Assembly: GCA_964036045.1 (NCBI GenBank) | Contig: OZ038378.1 | Span: forward strand, 146,010,001 to 146,074,000 | Reading direction: 5' to 3' | From: Eutreptiella sp. 'Long Island Sound 2002' | Lineage: Eukaryota > Protista > Euglenida | Length of the DNA: 64,000 nucleotides | Shown: piece by piece, positions 48,019 through 60,300 of the stretch | Layout: each line of letters starts with the position of its first letter | Position numbering within the stretch: the stretch's first letter is position 1 | The notes under the pieces: generated by a model | Told to the model about the DNA's origin: nothing | Seen by the model: the letters and a program-made list of their open reading frames with translations, nothing else | Database searches by the model: none | Program-made: the position numbers and the translations under genes

Positions 48019-50012
48019 GAGAGAGTGCGAGCAATATATAAAGTCTGAGCGACTGGAATTTCATGTTATGTATGTATGCTGTACGCATGGAGAGTTCCAA
48101 CTGGACGTCCATGCGTTGGAAAGCCTCTTTGGCAAGTGCCTCAGAACTCTCCCCAATGAATGTACACAATGTGTGACTTATGCCCATCGCCGGTTCAATT
48201 GCCATGTCTCTTAGAGAGGAGCATGGCACGGTGAGCCGCCATCATGTGTGAGCGAGCCGCCCGACCTGAGGTTCAACCAGGTCTGGGTCGGAGAATAAAG
48301 GTGCACTTGATCCAGAATGCAGAGTGCATGGCCTCAATTGCTTTTATGTGTCTTTTGCTTTGTTTTGTATTGTGTTGTTTGGGTGTTTGTGGTTATAGGT
48401 TAGTTCCAGTTTCACAAAATATTTTCTTAAGTGATATTTTTTATTTTATGTTTTTCTCAGATTTTGCTCATGTGTGCCCCAGCACCCAAAATATGAGCCC
48501 ATTGAAATGTAAATCGTTGTAGAAAGAAATATGTTGTCTTGTCCAAGCTGGCATTTATGAGTATTATTAGCGGAGAAAACATGTCCCGCAGGAAATTTGT
48601 GAACTTTTACGCAAGCAGCACTTCTTCAGCAGCTGGGGAGCAATACAGTTTTCCGGGCATATAGCTGCGCTGTCCATGTACAACAAAAATGTATCGTGGC
48701 GGTGGTCCTTATATGCAATAATGTAGATGATGACAGTATTTATAACATATTCGGTTTTTGTTCCCATGTCAAGAGCTTTTGTTCTGAGTCTTTGTGATCG
48801 GAAAGTGTGAAAAGTATGACAGCAACCATGTCAGCAATTGGGTCAACAATGTCACCAACCATGTTAAGCACCATGTCAACAGTGTTGCGAACCATGTCAA
48901 GCATAGCAACAATGTTATCACCCATAGAATGGTGGGCACTAACACCTCATTGGTTCTGGCAGGCGTCTCTTTTGCCTTTAGTGAATAATGTTCCGTGGTT
49001 ACCCCGTTCGCTGGTGGAAGGGTCGGGTTTTCAGAGTGTGTCAACGGTTTGCTTTTGAGGCTTTCTTTACTAAAACAGATATTCTGGTATGTATTGAGGT
49101 TGCTAAGCGCCATGTGTGCGAGTCCGAAGGTGCTGGGCCTGATTCTGGATCTGTTTCGTGATATTATGTTGTTGTCGTTGCTATTAGAGTGCAAGAGCCA
49201 GCACACGAAAGGCGGGGCTGAGCTGGCAGATGCACTCGGATTGCGGGTTAGGGAGGGATGTCGTGTTTTTTGATCACACAAGCGAATTTTGGTTGTGCAT
49301 TTGCAGGGACGGGCATTTTATGTGTGCTGCTACAGTAGGTTACGAGCTTGATGTGTTGCTCAATTTGCCACTTGATGCTGTATACTAAATGCCCGTGGTT
49401 TTCCTGCCCTGTGCACCTTCACCCGGAAAGTGTCAGAGAGGTTTGGGTATGGTGCTTTCGGGGGTGCATGACATTGGTATGGTGCGAGCTTGTGTACATT
49501 TGGTGACATGATGTCCTGTCCTCAATACTGTCCGTCTATTCGATTGTGGTCTGCACTTAGCTTCCCATGTTCAATTGATTTTGGCTGAGGAGTTGTGCTG
49601 GTGCTGATCGTGCTCTTGTGAGTTGGCTCAAATCGCTAGTGCCAAGTGTATCTAAAAAGTGCCTTGCCCACGCAATATCCGACCACATTGTCCTAGCTAA
49701 TATCAATCGCACGGTTACAGAGTTTCTCATCCAACAACCTGGTGGGAAGGACTGATGAAACACTCCCTCCTGAAATACGGCATGCCCCCAGCCCCGCATC
49801 GTGAAGCCATAAAGCCATAAATCTAGCGAAGGACACCAAATGGGCCCACGTGTTTGGGCCCACTTGAGGCATTTGCTCTTGCTTGTATCCAAATGATTTG
49901 TGTTGTATGTCACGTTGTTTTAGCCGCCACCTGAACACACAAAGCGCCTTTATGCTGACTGTGCTCTCTGCAGCTTATGGAATCAATGTCTGGCTGTATG
50001 TCAATCATGGAA

Positions 50013-50222
50013 TCAATGTATGGCTGCCGGAAAGTGATGAGATTATGCACCATGGACAATTATTATGCAGTGTGCTGTGTGCATAATCTCATCAGTTTCT
50101 GGTAGCCATACGGGTGCATAATCATTGTGCAGGGTGCATAATCTCATCACTTTCTGGTAGCCATACGGGTGCATAGTGATTGTGCAGGCTGCATAATCTC
50201 ATCAGTTTCCGGTAGCCATACG
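50013..50222. repeat. ~55-bp tandem repeat (3 units) plus one inverted unit
   Basis: GCATAATCTCATCA(G/C)TTTC(T/C)GGTAGCCATACGG three times from ~50080; inverted TATGGCTGCCGGAAAGTGATGAGATTATGC at ~50019-50048. Confidence 0.8.
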
Positions 50223-51619
50223 GCCAGGCCATGAGGGATTGGGCCTCCGCTTGGACGGTGAGGCGATCTGATGGAAAGAAGGCTACGGCGAGAGAAGTTG
50301 TTGGGATCCCTTTCTAGACCCCCGCTTATGGGCGTCAGGTCTCCAAATGATGGAAGGAGGGTGAGGGTTGGGATGTGGGGTTCATGGTGTGTATCTACCC
50401 CAGGCAATCATCTTGATGATTCGTGGTACATCTTGGCCTTGACCCACAATTGACAAGACAAGCAGCGCCCAAATATTTGCGCCTTTGCGAGGCTGCCCAA
50501 TTTCCCATCCACTCATCCTCAGACAATATGGACAATGTGTGTCGCGGCTCAGCGGCATAATATTTCAAGTACTGTTGGAATGCCAAAGTAATTTTGGAGG
50601 GTGGCGACCATCGTCAATCTATGGCCAAGCAATGGCAGAGTGAATCTGAAGGGTGACAACCATCGTCACCCTGTGGCCAAGTAACAGCAAACGGACGCAG
50701 ACTATGGCACACAAGTGAGGAAGGTAGAACGGCAGAAGGGTGATCAAGAGTAATCGTGATGAGGCCTACTGGCTCGATTCTGACCTGAAACCCAATCAAT
50801 GGGGGCACCAGTGGCGCCGTTAGAACGACGTATGGTGGCGCCTAAGGGCCCCTTGCTGGACAGCATGAGCAATGTGTGTCTGTACCCACCCATATCAGGG
50901 GCATGTTTGTTGAGTGCACGGATCAACACGATAGCTATTGCTTTTTGTTGGTGGGTACATCGCAGCTCTGCCGCGTTGAGACCTATTTATTGTACTGCTG
51001 AGAATGCCAGAGTGATTCTGGAGGGTGACAACCAACCATCGTCGATCTATGGCCAACCAAAGGCAAATGACCAGAAATTGACAGAACCAACGCCTCGTGT
51101 TGCTGGACAAGGGTGTTGCTTACGTGTTGCACCATGCGTGGTGCATGCATTAAGACATGGTGTACTATTCTCAAATCCAAGGGGCAAATATGCTACAAAG
51201 GCCATCAGGCTCAAATCAGCTTCCTTGACACACAATATGACCCGCATCTCAAAACCAAGGTAGCAGACAGCACACATAGCATATAGTAGGACAAATTGAA
51301 AAAATGCACTGAGAATGCGAAAATTGATGGAATCAACGCCTCGTGTTGTCTGGACAAATCCACGTGCTTTGTAGCGATTGCTTTGCATTGTTTGGAATGT
51401 AGATGTGACACTGGCTGCCATCAACTTGCTGCCTCCCATATCCCATCCGCTAAGCAAGAGCACGAGGAAACTACAAATTAAACGGACACCAACATTGCAT
51501 CTCACGACAACCTTGGTACAACAAGGGGTCATGCAGCCATCTCAGTCCTCCTTGCTTGGGGACCTTGATATATTAAGCGACGCCTTCCTGCTGTGGGGAC
51601 TCGATATAGTAGAGGTTAT

Positions 51620-51856
51620 GTAGCCACTTGAATGCCTACGTTTGGCGTGGCTAGTGAATAAGTTCCATTGGTCTGTGCACAATGCGCTTTTGCATTTAGT
51701 GGCAGGTCTGTTACCCCCCTCCCCCGAGGGAACATGGGAAAATGTTCCCCCTCATGTGTGGACCATTGTTGCTACCAAGAGAGCTGCCATTCAAGATGAT
51801 GGTAGGGACGAGGTTGATGTCTGTGTTTGGTGCTGTCCACAGCATTCCACCACACA
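51620..51856 (+). pseudogene. Third, highly degraded Harbinger-like transposase C-terminal remnant
   Basis: [42 protein letters not shown] aligns with YGPWEHLLPHVWTHQSKSAATQDEVEDEAEVCVLCC*KRST of the 2.4-kb copy; similarity ends just before the spliced-leader motif. Confidence 0.75.
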
Positions 51857-51865
51857 TTTTTTTTC

Positions 51866-51892
51866 ACTTTCTGAGTGTCTATTTTTTTCTCG
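51866..51892 (+). other. Genome-encoded euglenid spliced-leader (SL) exon relic
   Basis: ACTTTCTGAGTGTCTATTTTTTTCTCG versus the Euglena gracilis SL as recalled, ACTTTCTGAGTGTCTATTTTTTTTCG; followed by AACC, not the GT donor expected in an SL RNA gene. Confidence 0.88.
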
Positions 51893-51924
51893 AACCAACT
51901 TGCCCTGCTGAGCTTGCAGAACCA

Positions 51925-54900
51925 ATGCGAGCAAGAACCATGCTCCGAGGAGTTGTATTCATTTGTTTGTTGACATGGCTTGTGGCTGCAACGACAACTC
52001 CAACGGTGACCTCCACGCAAAGTCCAACAGAAACCCCATCAACCACGCCAAGCTCAACCCCGTCTAGTACGCCAAGCGCAACCCCAACAGCAAGTCCATC
52101 CGCAACCCCAACAAGTACCCCGTCGTCAACACCAACCGGGACGCCGTCACCATCACCAACCGCGACGCCGAGTGGAACCCCAACAGGCACACCCTCACCA
52201 ACACCCTCCGCCACGCCGAGTGCAACCCCAACAGGCACGCCATCAGGCACACCCTCACCAACACCCTCGGCCACGCCGAGTGCAACCCCAACAGGCACGC
52301 CATCAGGCACACCCTCCTCCACACCCTCGGCCACGCCGACCAGTACACCATCACCAACCCCATCAAGCACTGCAACCCCAACAGCAAGTCCATCCGCAAC
52401 CCCAACAAGTACCCCGTCGTCAACACCAACTGGAACGCCGTCACCATCACCAACCGCGACGCCGAGTGGAACCCCAACAGGCACGCCATCAGGCACACCC
52501 TCCTCCACACCCTCGGCCACGCCGACCAGTACACCATCACCAACCCCATCAAGCACTGCAACCCCATCACCCACGCCAAGCCCAACCCCGTCTAGTACGC
52601 CAAGCGAAACCCCAACAACAAGTCCATCCGCAACCCCAACAAGTACCCCGTCGTCAACACCAACTGGAACGCCGTCGCCATCACCAACTGCGACGCCGAG
52701 TGGAACCCCAACAGGCACGCCATCAGGCACACCCTCACCAACACCCTCGGCCACGCCGAGTGGAACCCCAACAGCCACGCCATCAGGCACACCCTCACCA
52801 ACACCCTCGGCCACGCCGAGTGGAACCCCAACAGCCACGCCATCAGGCACACCCTCATCAACACCCTCAGCCTCGCCTACCGGTACACCATCACCAACCC
52901 CATCAAGCACTGCAACCCCATCACCCACGCCAAGCCCAACCCCGTCTAGTACGCCAAGCGAAACCCCAACAGCAAGTCCATCCGCAACCCCAACAAGTAC
53001 CCCGTCGTCAACACCAACTGGAACGCCGTCGCCATCACCAACTGCGACGCCGAGTGGAACCCCAACAGGCACGCCATCAGGCACACCCTCACCAACACCC
53101 TCGGCCACGCCGAGTGCAACCCCAACAGGCACGCCATCAGGCACACCCTCACCAACACCCTCGGCCACGCCAAGTGGAACCCCAACAGGCACGCCATCAG
53201 GCACACCATCACCAACACCCTCGGCCACGCCGAGTGCAACCCCAACAGGCACGCCATCAGGCACACCCTCCTCCACACCCTCGGCCACGCCGACCAGTAC
53301 ACCATCACCAACCCCATCAAGCACTGCAACCCCATCACCCACGCCAAGCCCAACCCCGTCTAGTACGCCAAGCGGAACCCCAACAACAAGTCCATCCGCA
53401 ACCCCAACAAGTACCCCGTCGTCAACACCAACTGGAACACCGTCACCATCACCAACTGCGACGCCGAGTGGAACACCAACAGGCACGCCATCAGGCACAC
53501 CCTCACCAACACCCTCGGCCACGCCGAGTGGAACCCCAACAGCCACGCCATCAGGCACACCCTCATCAACACCCTCAGCCACGCCTACCGGTACACCAAC
53601 CCCAAGCCCAACCAGCACTGCGACACCCAGCCCAACTCCTTCGCCCACACCAACAGTAACTGCATCACCAACTGCAACCCCGAGTCCAAGTCCCACTTCC
53701 TCACCAACACCCTCACCAACACCAACAACAACAGCCTCCCCGAGTCCAACCGACACCCCAACCTACACATCGACGCCAACACCTTCGGCGACGCCAACAC
53801 CTACGCACTCTCCCACGCCGACCTCGTCTGCTACCCCGAGTGCCACCAACACGCCAACATTCACATCGACTCCAACCCCGACGTACACTTCGACTTCGAC
53901 GCGTACTGTGACGGCGACTTGCAGTGCAACCTCTACCCCTAGTGAAACCACAACCCCAACAAGTTCAGAAACTTCTACAATGACAAGGTCACCCACTCCT
54001 ACTCAAACGTCATCGACCACACCGACGCCCACACGGACGCCCACACCAACGTCCACTGCAACCTGCACATCAACACCAACATCAACTTCCACTTCCAGTG
54101 CGACCGGTACAGCAACTCGCACTTCCACATCTACAGGAACGTCAACACCCACACGGACCTCAACATCAACTTCATCCGCAACACCTAGTCCCACGAGAAC
54201 GGCAACTTTCACAAATACTCCGACGCCATCGCGGACAAGAACAGCGTCTCCAACATCAACTTCAAGCCCAACCACGTCGCAAACACCAAGCCCGACTGCA
54301 ACCTCGTCGCCAACCAGGACCTCGACCCCGACCCCAACCATGACTTCTACTGCCTCGGGCACGCCCACAACTACTGCTACCCAAACAGGTACACCCTCAC
54401 CGACACCCACCGCAAGCTCAACCCCCACTCCCTCGGTGACACCTACGGCCACTGCAACGGTGATTCCCACATTTACTGACACCAGCACGCCAACGCCAAC
54501 CCCGACTCGCACTGCAACCTCGAGTCTTACACCCACAGCCACCGCAACCTCAACATCCAGTGGAACGCGCACATCCACCATCACTCGCACGGGCACTGCC
54601 ACAATGACTGTGATTCCTACTTACACAAGCACCCCAACCCCATCACCGACAGCCACCCCAACTCGCACTTCGACTGCGACCCGTACGCGCACTGCTACAC
54701 AAACGCGGACCACAACATCTACCCGAAGCTCGACGCCGACCCCTACGCTGACGCCAACATACACACGGACAGCAACGAGGACATCGAGTTCCACATCTTC
54801 AGCTACTGCGACGAGTCCCCAGACTCTCACAGATACAGCCACAATCACAATGTCTCCCAGCCTCATCATTGTTAATGATGTTGCCCCTGGGTTTGCTTCC

Positions 54901-56724
54901 ATCCTGAAATATGATGAGCCGAATCAATTCGTCATCACTTTTGACCGAGACATTGCTGGCGGTGTCACAACCGCAGACGCAGCTGCTCGTCTACGGATTA
55001 TGCAGAATGGAGCCTCACTTGCCAGTGTTGCAGTTGGTGATTCTTCTATCAGCATTTCAGGGACCAGGCTGACTTACACTGTAGTAGCATACACTTTCAG
55101 TGCAGATGCTGTAGTCACAATCTCTTTGGATCGTGGATTTGTTGGAGAAGCCAATAATCTCCCATCGTATTTCAATGGGATGAAAGAAGTTCGGTACAGT
55201 ACATGCTGTCTACCAACAGAAGAATCCAGCAATTTCACCTTTGCGCTGGACAGCTCAATTGAGACGCTGAACACCCAGGGCGGATTAAACAAGATCTGCA
55301 ACATATTCGGCAGAGTGCTGGCGAGTGTGCCATGCAGCAAGGCGGATATTTTTGTCCAACCCTCCGTGCCAATTATCACTGTCCGATACTTCGATTTGGC
55401 TTACAACAGCAGTGTCTTTTTGAATGCAGGTATCCGAGAGGGATTTGCGGTTGGGGCTTTCAGTAGATTGTTTGTGGCAGAGGGGTGTGGGGACATTCTC
55501 CCAGGCTCTGTTACTGAGTATTATGGTGAGCGCTACATAATGGAATCTGTGGAGGTATTCTTGAGCCCCATTTCACAAGGGTCCGAAACTACGGTCACTG
55601 TGACGGCCTCTTTGACCTCTGGGTTTAACATTGGAGATACTTTTGAGCTGTATTTGCCGCTAGCAATGCAGCTGAGCTACCCCATGAAAGCCACGTTTGG
55701 CAATTATACTGGAGTTTGGCCTAGCAATCACATTAACAGCCCATACTACGTGTTGCAAGGCACAACAGGCACGAGTATCTACTTCAACACGACTGGTCTG
55801 GTCTTCAGCATTCCGGGTGACCGCACTTTGACAATAGAGATCTCTAAGGGAGTGAAAATGCCAACTTCCTGCAGCGATTTCGGACCCACCGGATTCATTT
55901 CTGTGTACACGTTCAAGCGCTGGGACGCAAACTATCAGAATTTGTTGGATTTCAAAGTTTTTGACCCCGCTAACGACGGCTGTGCGAGTCCTGCCGAAAC
56001 AGTCGGCGTTCCGGATCCCGACGTTCTTGGAACTACAGAATGGTACGATTTCTCGCCGACCACAGGCATCCAGGGCAACGCCATCACCCTCACGTTCTCT
56101 GGGTTGCTTTTTTCGAACATTCGAGCCCCCTACGTTGCGAAGGTCGCTGCTTTGCCGGCTGATAAAACTTGCCGTGGCACAGCACTGGGGACGCACGCGG
56201 GAGAAATCAATCCGACCACCAGAAACATTACTTTTGTGCTCCAAGCAGTTGGGGTGTATGATATCTGCATCATGCACCGCTCCAACTGGGAGCTGGCAAA
56301 GGTTTCTCTCAGCATCAATCCTCCAACTGCAACCGAATTCCTCAACATCCTCGCGGTGCCAACTTCAGCGTCGCAGCCGTCACTGCAGGAAGCAGTTGCT
56401 TTGAACAACAATCTCCAGCCCTTCCAGACAATTATCACACCGCCCCGGCCATTTCTGCTGGAATTTTCTTCATGTGAAGCTCTGCTGAAAGCTGCCCCAG
56501 CTTTTTGCGGATGTTACATCCGAGGCGCATCAGGTAATATATTATCTCCTGGGGTCACCCTGGTGGCGCCCACATCCCTCAACACCGAGTTTGTGGCCAC
56601 AATTTTCGGAATCCATGAGCAAGTCCGAATGGGATGCTGTGCAACCAATCCATATGCCACTGAGTCCACTATCCTAGATTTCAATCAATTTGTGTTGGGG
56701 ACCAAGTGGGGTCTGTGCATGTAA
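51925..56724 (+). CDS. Secreted mucin-like Thr/Ser/Pro-rich protein (1599 aa) with C-terminal beta-rich, Cys-containing domains; intronless, probable retrogene
   Basis: [22 protein letters not shown] looks like a signal peptide; ~970 aa of T/S/P repeats; ~620-aa non-repetitive C-terminal region with no obvious TM segment. 4800 nt without a stop. The supplied ORF start at 51742 lies inside the transposase remnant. Confidence 0.9.
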   Translation: MRARTMLRGVVFICLLTWLVAATTTPTVTSTQSPTETPSTTPSSTPSSTPSATPTASPSATPTSTPSSTPTGTPSPSPTATPSGTPTGTPSPTPSATPSATPTGTPSGTPSPTPSATPSATPTGTPSGTPSSTPSATPTSTPSPTPSSTATPTASPSATPTSTPSSTPTGTPSPSPTATPSGTPTGTPSGTPSSTPSATPTSTPSPTPSSTATPSPTPSPTPSSTPSETPTTSPSATPTSTPSSTPTGTPSPSPTATPSGTPTGTPSGTPSPTPSATPSGTPTATPSGTPSPTPSATPSGTPTATPSGTPSSTPSASPTGTPSPTPSSTATPSPTPSPTPSSTPSETPTASPSATPTSTPSSTPTGTPSPSPTATPSGTPTGTPSGTPSPTPSATPSATPTGTPSGTPSPTPSATPSGTPTGTPSGTPSPTPSATPSATPTGTPSGTPSSTPSATPTSTPSPTPSSTATPSPTPSPTPSSTPSGTPTTSPSATPTSTPSSTPTGTPSPSPTATPSGTPTGTPSGTPSPTPSATPSGTPTATPSGTPSSTPSATPTGTPTPSPTSTATPSPTPSPTPTVTASPTATPSPSPTSSPTPSPTPTTTASPSPTDTPTYTSTPTPSATPTPTHSPTPTSSATPSATNTPTFTSTPTPTYTSTSTRTVTATCSATSTPSETTTPTSSETSTMTRSPTPTQTSSTTPTPTRTPTPTSTATCTSTPTSTSTSSATGTATRTSTSTGTSTPTRTSTSTSSATPSPTRTATFTNTPTPSRTRTASPTSTSSPTTSQTPSPTATSSPTRTSTPTPTMTSTASGTPTTTATQTGTPSPTPTASSTPTPSVTPTATATVIPTFTDTSTPTPTPTRTATSSLTPTATATSTSSGTRTSTITRTGTATMTVIPTYTSTPTPSPTATPTRTSTATRTRTATQTRTTTSTRSSTPTPTLTPTYTRTATRTSSSTSSATATSPQTLTDTATITMSPSLIIVNDVAPGFASILKYDEPNQFVITFDRDIAGGVTTADAAARLRIMQNGASLASVAVGDSSISISGTRLTYTVVAYTFSADAVVTISLDRGFVGEANNLPSYFNGMKEVRYSTCCLPTEESSNFTFALDSSIETLNTQGGLNKICNIFGRVLASVPCSKADIFVQPSVPIITVRYFDLAYNSSVFLNAGIREGFAVGAFSRLFVAEGCGDILPGSVTEYYGERYIMESVEVFLSPISQGSETTVTVTASLTSGFNIGDTFELYLPLAMQLSYPMKATFGNYTGVWPSNHINSPYYVLQGTTGTSIYFNTTGLVFSIPGDRTLTIEISKGVKMPTSCSDFGPTGFISVYTFKRWDANYQNLLDFKVFDPANDGCASPAETVGVPDPDVLGTTEWYDFSPTTGIQGNAITLTFSGLLFSNIRAPYVAKVAALPADKTCRGTALGTHAGEINPTTRNITFVLQAVGVYDICIMHRSNWELAKVSLSINPPTATEFLNILAVPTSASQPSLQEAVALNNNLQPFQTIITPPRPFLLEFSSCEALLKAAPAFCGCYIRGASGNILSPGVTLVAPTSLNTEFVATIFGIHEQVRMGCCATNPYATESTILDFNQFVLGTKWGLCM

Positions 56725-56845
56725 AGCACGACTCCTTTCTGCACGGCGATCGATACCAGTCCCCCAGCACTGAGGATGTTCGGCCACAGTCGTTTGTTTT
56801 TTCCTTTTCCCCATGGGACACGATTTGGCTGAGATGTGTACGTCC

Positions 56846-56908
56846 TAGAGGGGGGGCCTTGCCGCAGCCTAAGGCGGCGCTTAAAAGCGGAGGCAAGGCC
56901 CCCCTCTA
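56846..56908. repeat. Hairpin-forming inverted repeat (17-18-bp arms, TA at both ends)
   Basis: TAGAGGGGGGGCCTTGCC (56846-56863) and GGCAAGGCCCCCCTCTA (56892-56908). Confidence 0.75.
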
Positions 56909-57315
56909 CGGTCGCAACGGCGCCCCTTAGAGCCGTTGGGGAGGGTCTGTTTTCCAAAGTTACAGTCCAATCTTTGGTGTGACCTCTTGACCATCCAGTG
57001 GCCAAAATAAGCACTCAGTGGGTGATTTTGAGACATGTAGTGTGGAGAATGTTGTATGTATGTTGTTCCTTGTATGTTGTTTACACGCAGGTGCAAGCAC
57101 AAGTGTATGCATGCACGCTCAGAACCATGCATGTGCACAAATACTGGCACATTGATTCTGCCCATACTACACACAGGCAATGTACATTAACCTGCAGTGT
57201 GCATCTCTACCCCATATTTGCTGCTATAGCTCCCGAGCAGCAGTTTGTGAATGGTCGATGATTTTTTCCCACGACCTACAGCCACCACACCGATAGTAAC
57301 ACAACGAACAGACAT

Positions 57316-60300
57316 CTGAGCCGTGGCTATGACCATATGCCTGTGTCACGGGGGTATATGCGAGCTCAGCATGCATTGCTCATGGCCTAAGCAGAAACCG
57401 TCACTTTCTGTTTTGGAAATTTACTCAGAAGGTCGGATACTGAGCTTGTCCTGTGTGTCTGCTACCTGGACAAGGTAGTATTATTTGTGCATTGCTGTGT
57501 ACTGCAGATTTCTTGCATCCAAGGCACTCTACTGCACCCTGTATCACGCAAAACACTTCATTGTTTTCGCAATTTCAGCCATGAATGTTCATCATATTGA
57601 CACGTACCCAGCTGGTGCTGTTGTCGATTTCTAACCTTCGGGGGGCAGTATTGTGCCTGCCAAGATTGTGCTTGCCACAAGGGCTGGAGCCCACTGTCAA
57701 GCCCCCTGCCAAGGCTGGTCCCAAAGCTGCCAAACCTGGTGCCAAACCCTCAACGAAGATTGCAGCCAAACCTGCTGCCCAGTTGGCAGCCAAGTCTGCA
57801 ATTAGAGAGCCCATTCCTGTGGCCCCTGTTGAGCATGTGCAGCCCTTCAGAGTCAAATACTCCCGCCCGAAAAAGTGGCATCCAGAGCCTGTTTCTGAGC
57901 AGATCTGAATATGCATCCCATCAGGAAGTTCCTGGCCCCTTGGGCATGGTGGATCAAGGCATCATTCGGCACTGATCTTGTTTCAGCTGCAGTGCAGCTA
58001 GTCAAAACAATGAACTGTGAGCCGTAGCTATGACCATATGCCTGTGTCACGGGGGTATATGCGAGCTTAGCATCCGTTGCTCATGGCCTTGCAGAACAAT
58101 TGCCCTTGCATAATAAGCGGAATCGTCACTTTCTGTTTTGGAAATTTACTCAGAAGGTCGGATACTGAGCTTGTCCTGTGCGTCTGCTACCTGGACAAGA
58201 TAGTATTATTTGTGCATTGCTGTGTACTGCAGATTTCTTGCATCCAAGGCACTCTACTGTACCCTGTATCACGCAAAACACTTCATTGTTTTCGCAATTT
58301 CAGCCATGAATGTTCATCATATTGACACGTACCCAGCTGGTGCTGTTCTCAATTTCTAACCTTCGGGGGGCAGTATTGTGCCTGCCAAGATTGTGCTTGC
58401 CACAAGGGCTGGAGCCCACTGTCAAGCCCCCTGCCAAGCCTGCTCCCAAAGCTGCCAAACCTGGTGCCAAACCCTCAACAAAGAGTGCAGCCAAACCTGC
58501 TGCCCATCGCAGCGATCTGCGCATCGCTGGTCGTTTGGCTATCCCGCGCAGCTTGTATCGCCACTTGGTTCGGACGCTGGGGGGCTTCCGTGCGGCCCGC
58601 AAAGAGATAGGTTCATACCAGGACAGGGTGCTGGACTCTGTCACTGCTGCTCTGGCCTCAGCAATCCCACCCAAGTCTAAGCGCCCCAATGTGTTTGTAT
58701 CGGCCGATTGGGATTCACCTACCCCCTTGTTGTAACTGCCCCCATGTTTGTCATATGCATGCCATCATGGCTGGCATATAATTTCTGACTGTCACGCTGC
58801 GACCTGTGGCGGGCTCTGCCCTGGGCTGTTCTTATAGCCGACGCGAATGCCACTAACTCAGCTACGCCCCCTGTCTCTCCTCAGGACATCCTGACATACT
58901 GGCGATCACTCTAGGGGCTTTTCTCTGGCGCTGCCACCACTTGATCCGCTATGTAAGCCCTCACTGATTACCATGCTCACCTGCCTCTTGGCCGCACAGA
59001 TGGACAATCACTGTCTGTAGAGCTACACGCTGATGGATGCCAGCACTGCATTTGCTAGTGCCTCAGAGCGGTGCCGCATACCCCTGCAGCGCCTTCCCTC
59101 GACGACCGTGATTACTCTGGTCTATGTCGCGCTCAGCTTGCATATAACGGGCCGTCTGCTCATGGTTCATGTCCTGCATTCGCTAGCTGGAACAAGCACA
59201 ATGTGCGACGCTTCCTGACCTCCCCGGCGCTATCTGGCGCGGTTCAATCGTGTTGCTGGTTTTTTTTACCATTGCGATCTGCCAATCAAGGGTGCATTGG
59301 GTGAATTGTCAGATGGATGCTGCTGATTTTGCTGCCCCCGACACAGTGACCTGGGTGCAACAGGGTTGCCTTGGATGAGATGGCTACGTCGATGAGCCAT
59401 GGAATTCTGTTGGGACGGTCGTCCACGTGGTGTGAGAATGCTGGGTATCTGGGTGAGATAGTATGCTGTTTCGCCAGTTTGGCCTCATCGGTTACTCCGG
59501 GGGTGCCCACGCCCCGCCGTCTCTTCAACCTTGTCCCTCTTTCACGTCCAGCACAACACAACAGCCAGTTGCGTATAATACCGCCCCCCCCTCCCGTGCA
59601 CACGCCTGTGTGCACCCCCGATCCCCCTCTGTGTCTCTATTTTTTTCGCCAACCGTTGGCAGGTTGGCCCTCCCATGGTACACCGACCCCCACCCCTACA
59701 CCATGCGAGTGGAATGCCATTTTCTTCTTTCCCCTGTGGGCGACCCACCGCGCCCTGGTCGCCCACTGCCACCCCCCCCCCCCCCCCACCGGTCCCCCTT
59801 GTCTCCCGCCCTATGTACCTCTGTTTTCCACGTATGATGGGATACCCGCTCAGGACAGGAACCCGCCCAGACAGTACCCCCAGATTATCTGCCACTGCCC
59901 CCGGGCATGGAGTATGGGGCGACCACTTCTGTGATGTCCACTTTGTAGCATAATTTACTACCTTGCATCGTCCCGCCGCCGCCGTGACCCCAGCCTGCCA
60001 ACCTGCTGACCCTTGACTTGGGGATGTGGGTGACTCAATGTATATTGGGCTGGCCTCCTGAGAACACTGCAGCTGTGGCTTTGGACTTGTATTACAAAAA
60101 AAAAAAAAAAGAGTGCAGCCAAACCTGCTGCCCAGTTGGCAGCCAAGTCTGCAATTAGAGAGCCCATTCCTGTGGCCCCTGTTGAGCATGTGCAGCCCTT
60201 CAGAGTCAAATACTCCCGCCCGAAAAAGTGGCATCCAGAGCCTGTTTCTGAGCAGATCTGAATAAGCGGAATCGTCACTTTCTGTTTTGGAAATTTACTC

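Noticed and set aside
50230-50600. Minus-strand peptide EWMGNWAASQRRKYLGAA resembling a tombus/noda-like RdRp segment
   Set aside because: No downstream RdRp motifs could be assembled in any frame; too weak to call.
51866-51892. SL RNA gene
   Set aside because: No GT donor or SL intron after the exon and no tandem array; it leads straight into a 5' UTR.
51742-51924. N-terminal extension of the 1660-aa ORF
   Set aside because: It lies in the transposase remnant and the SL relic; the signal peptide begins at 51925.
51879-54902. Antisense (VG/EG)n and Q/H/P-rich alternative-frame ORFs
   Set aside because: Shadows of the repetitive mucin codons.
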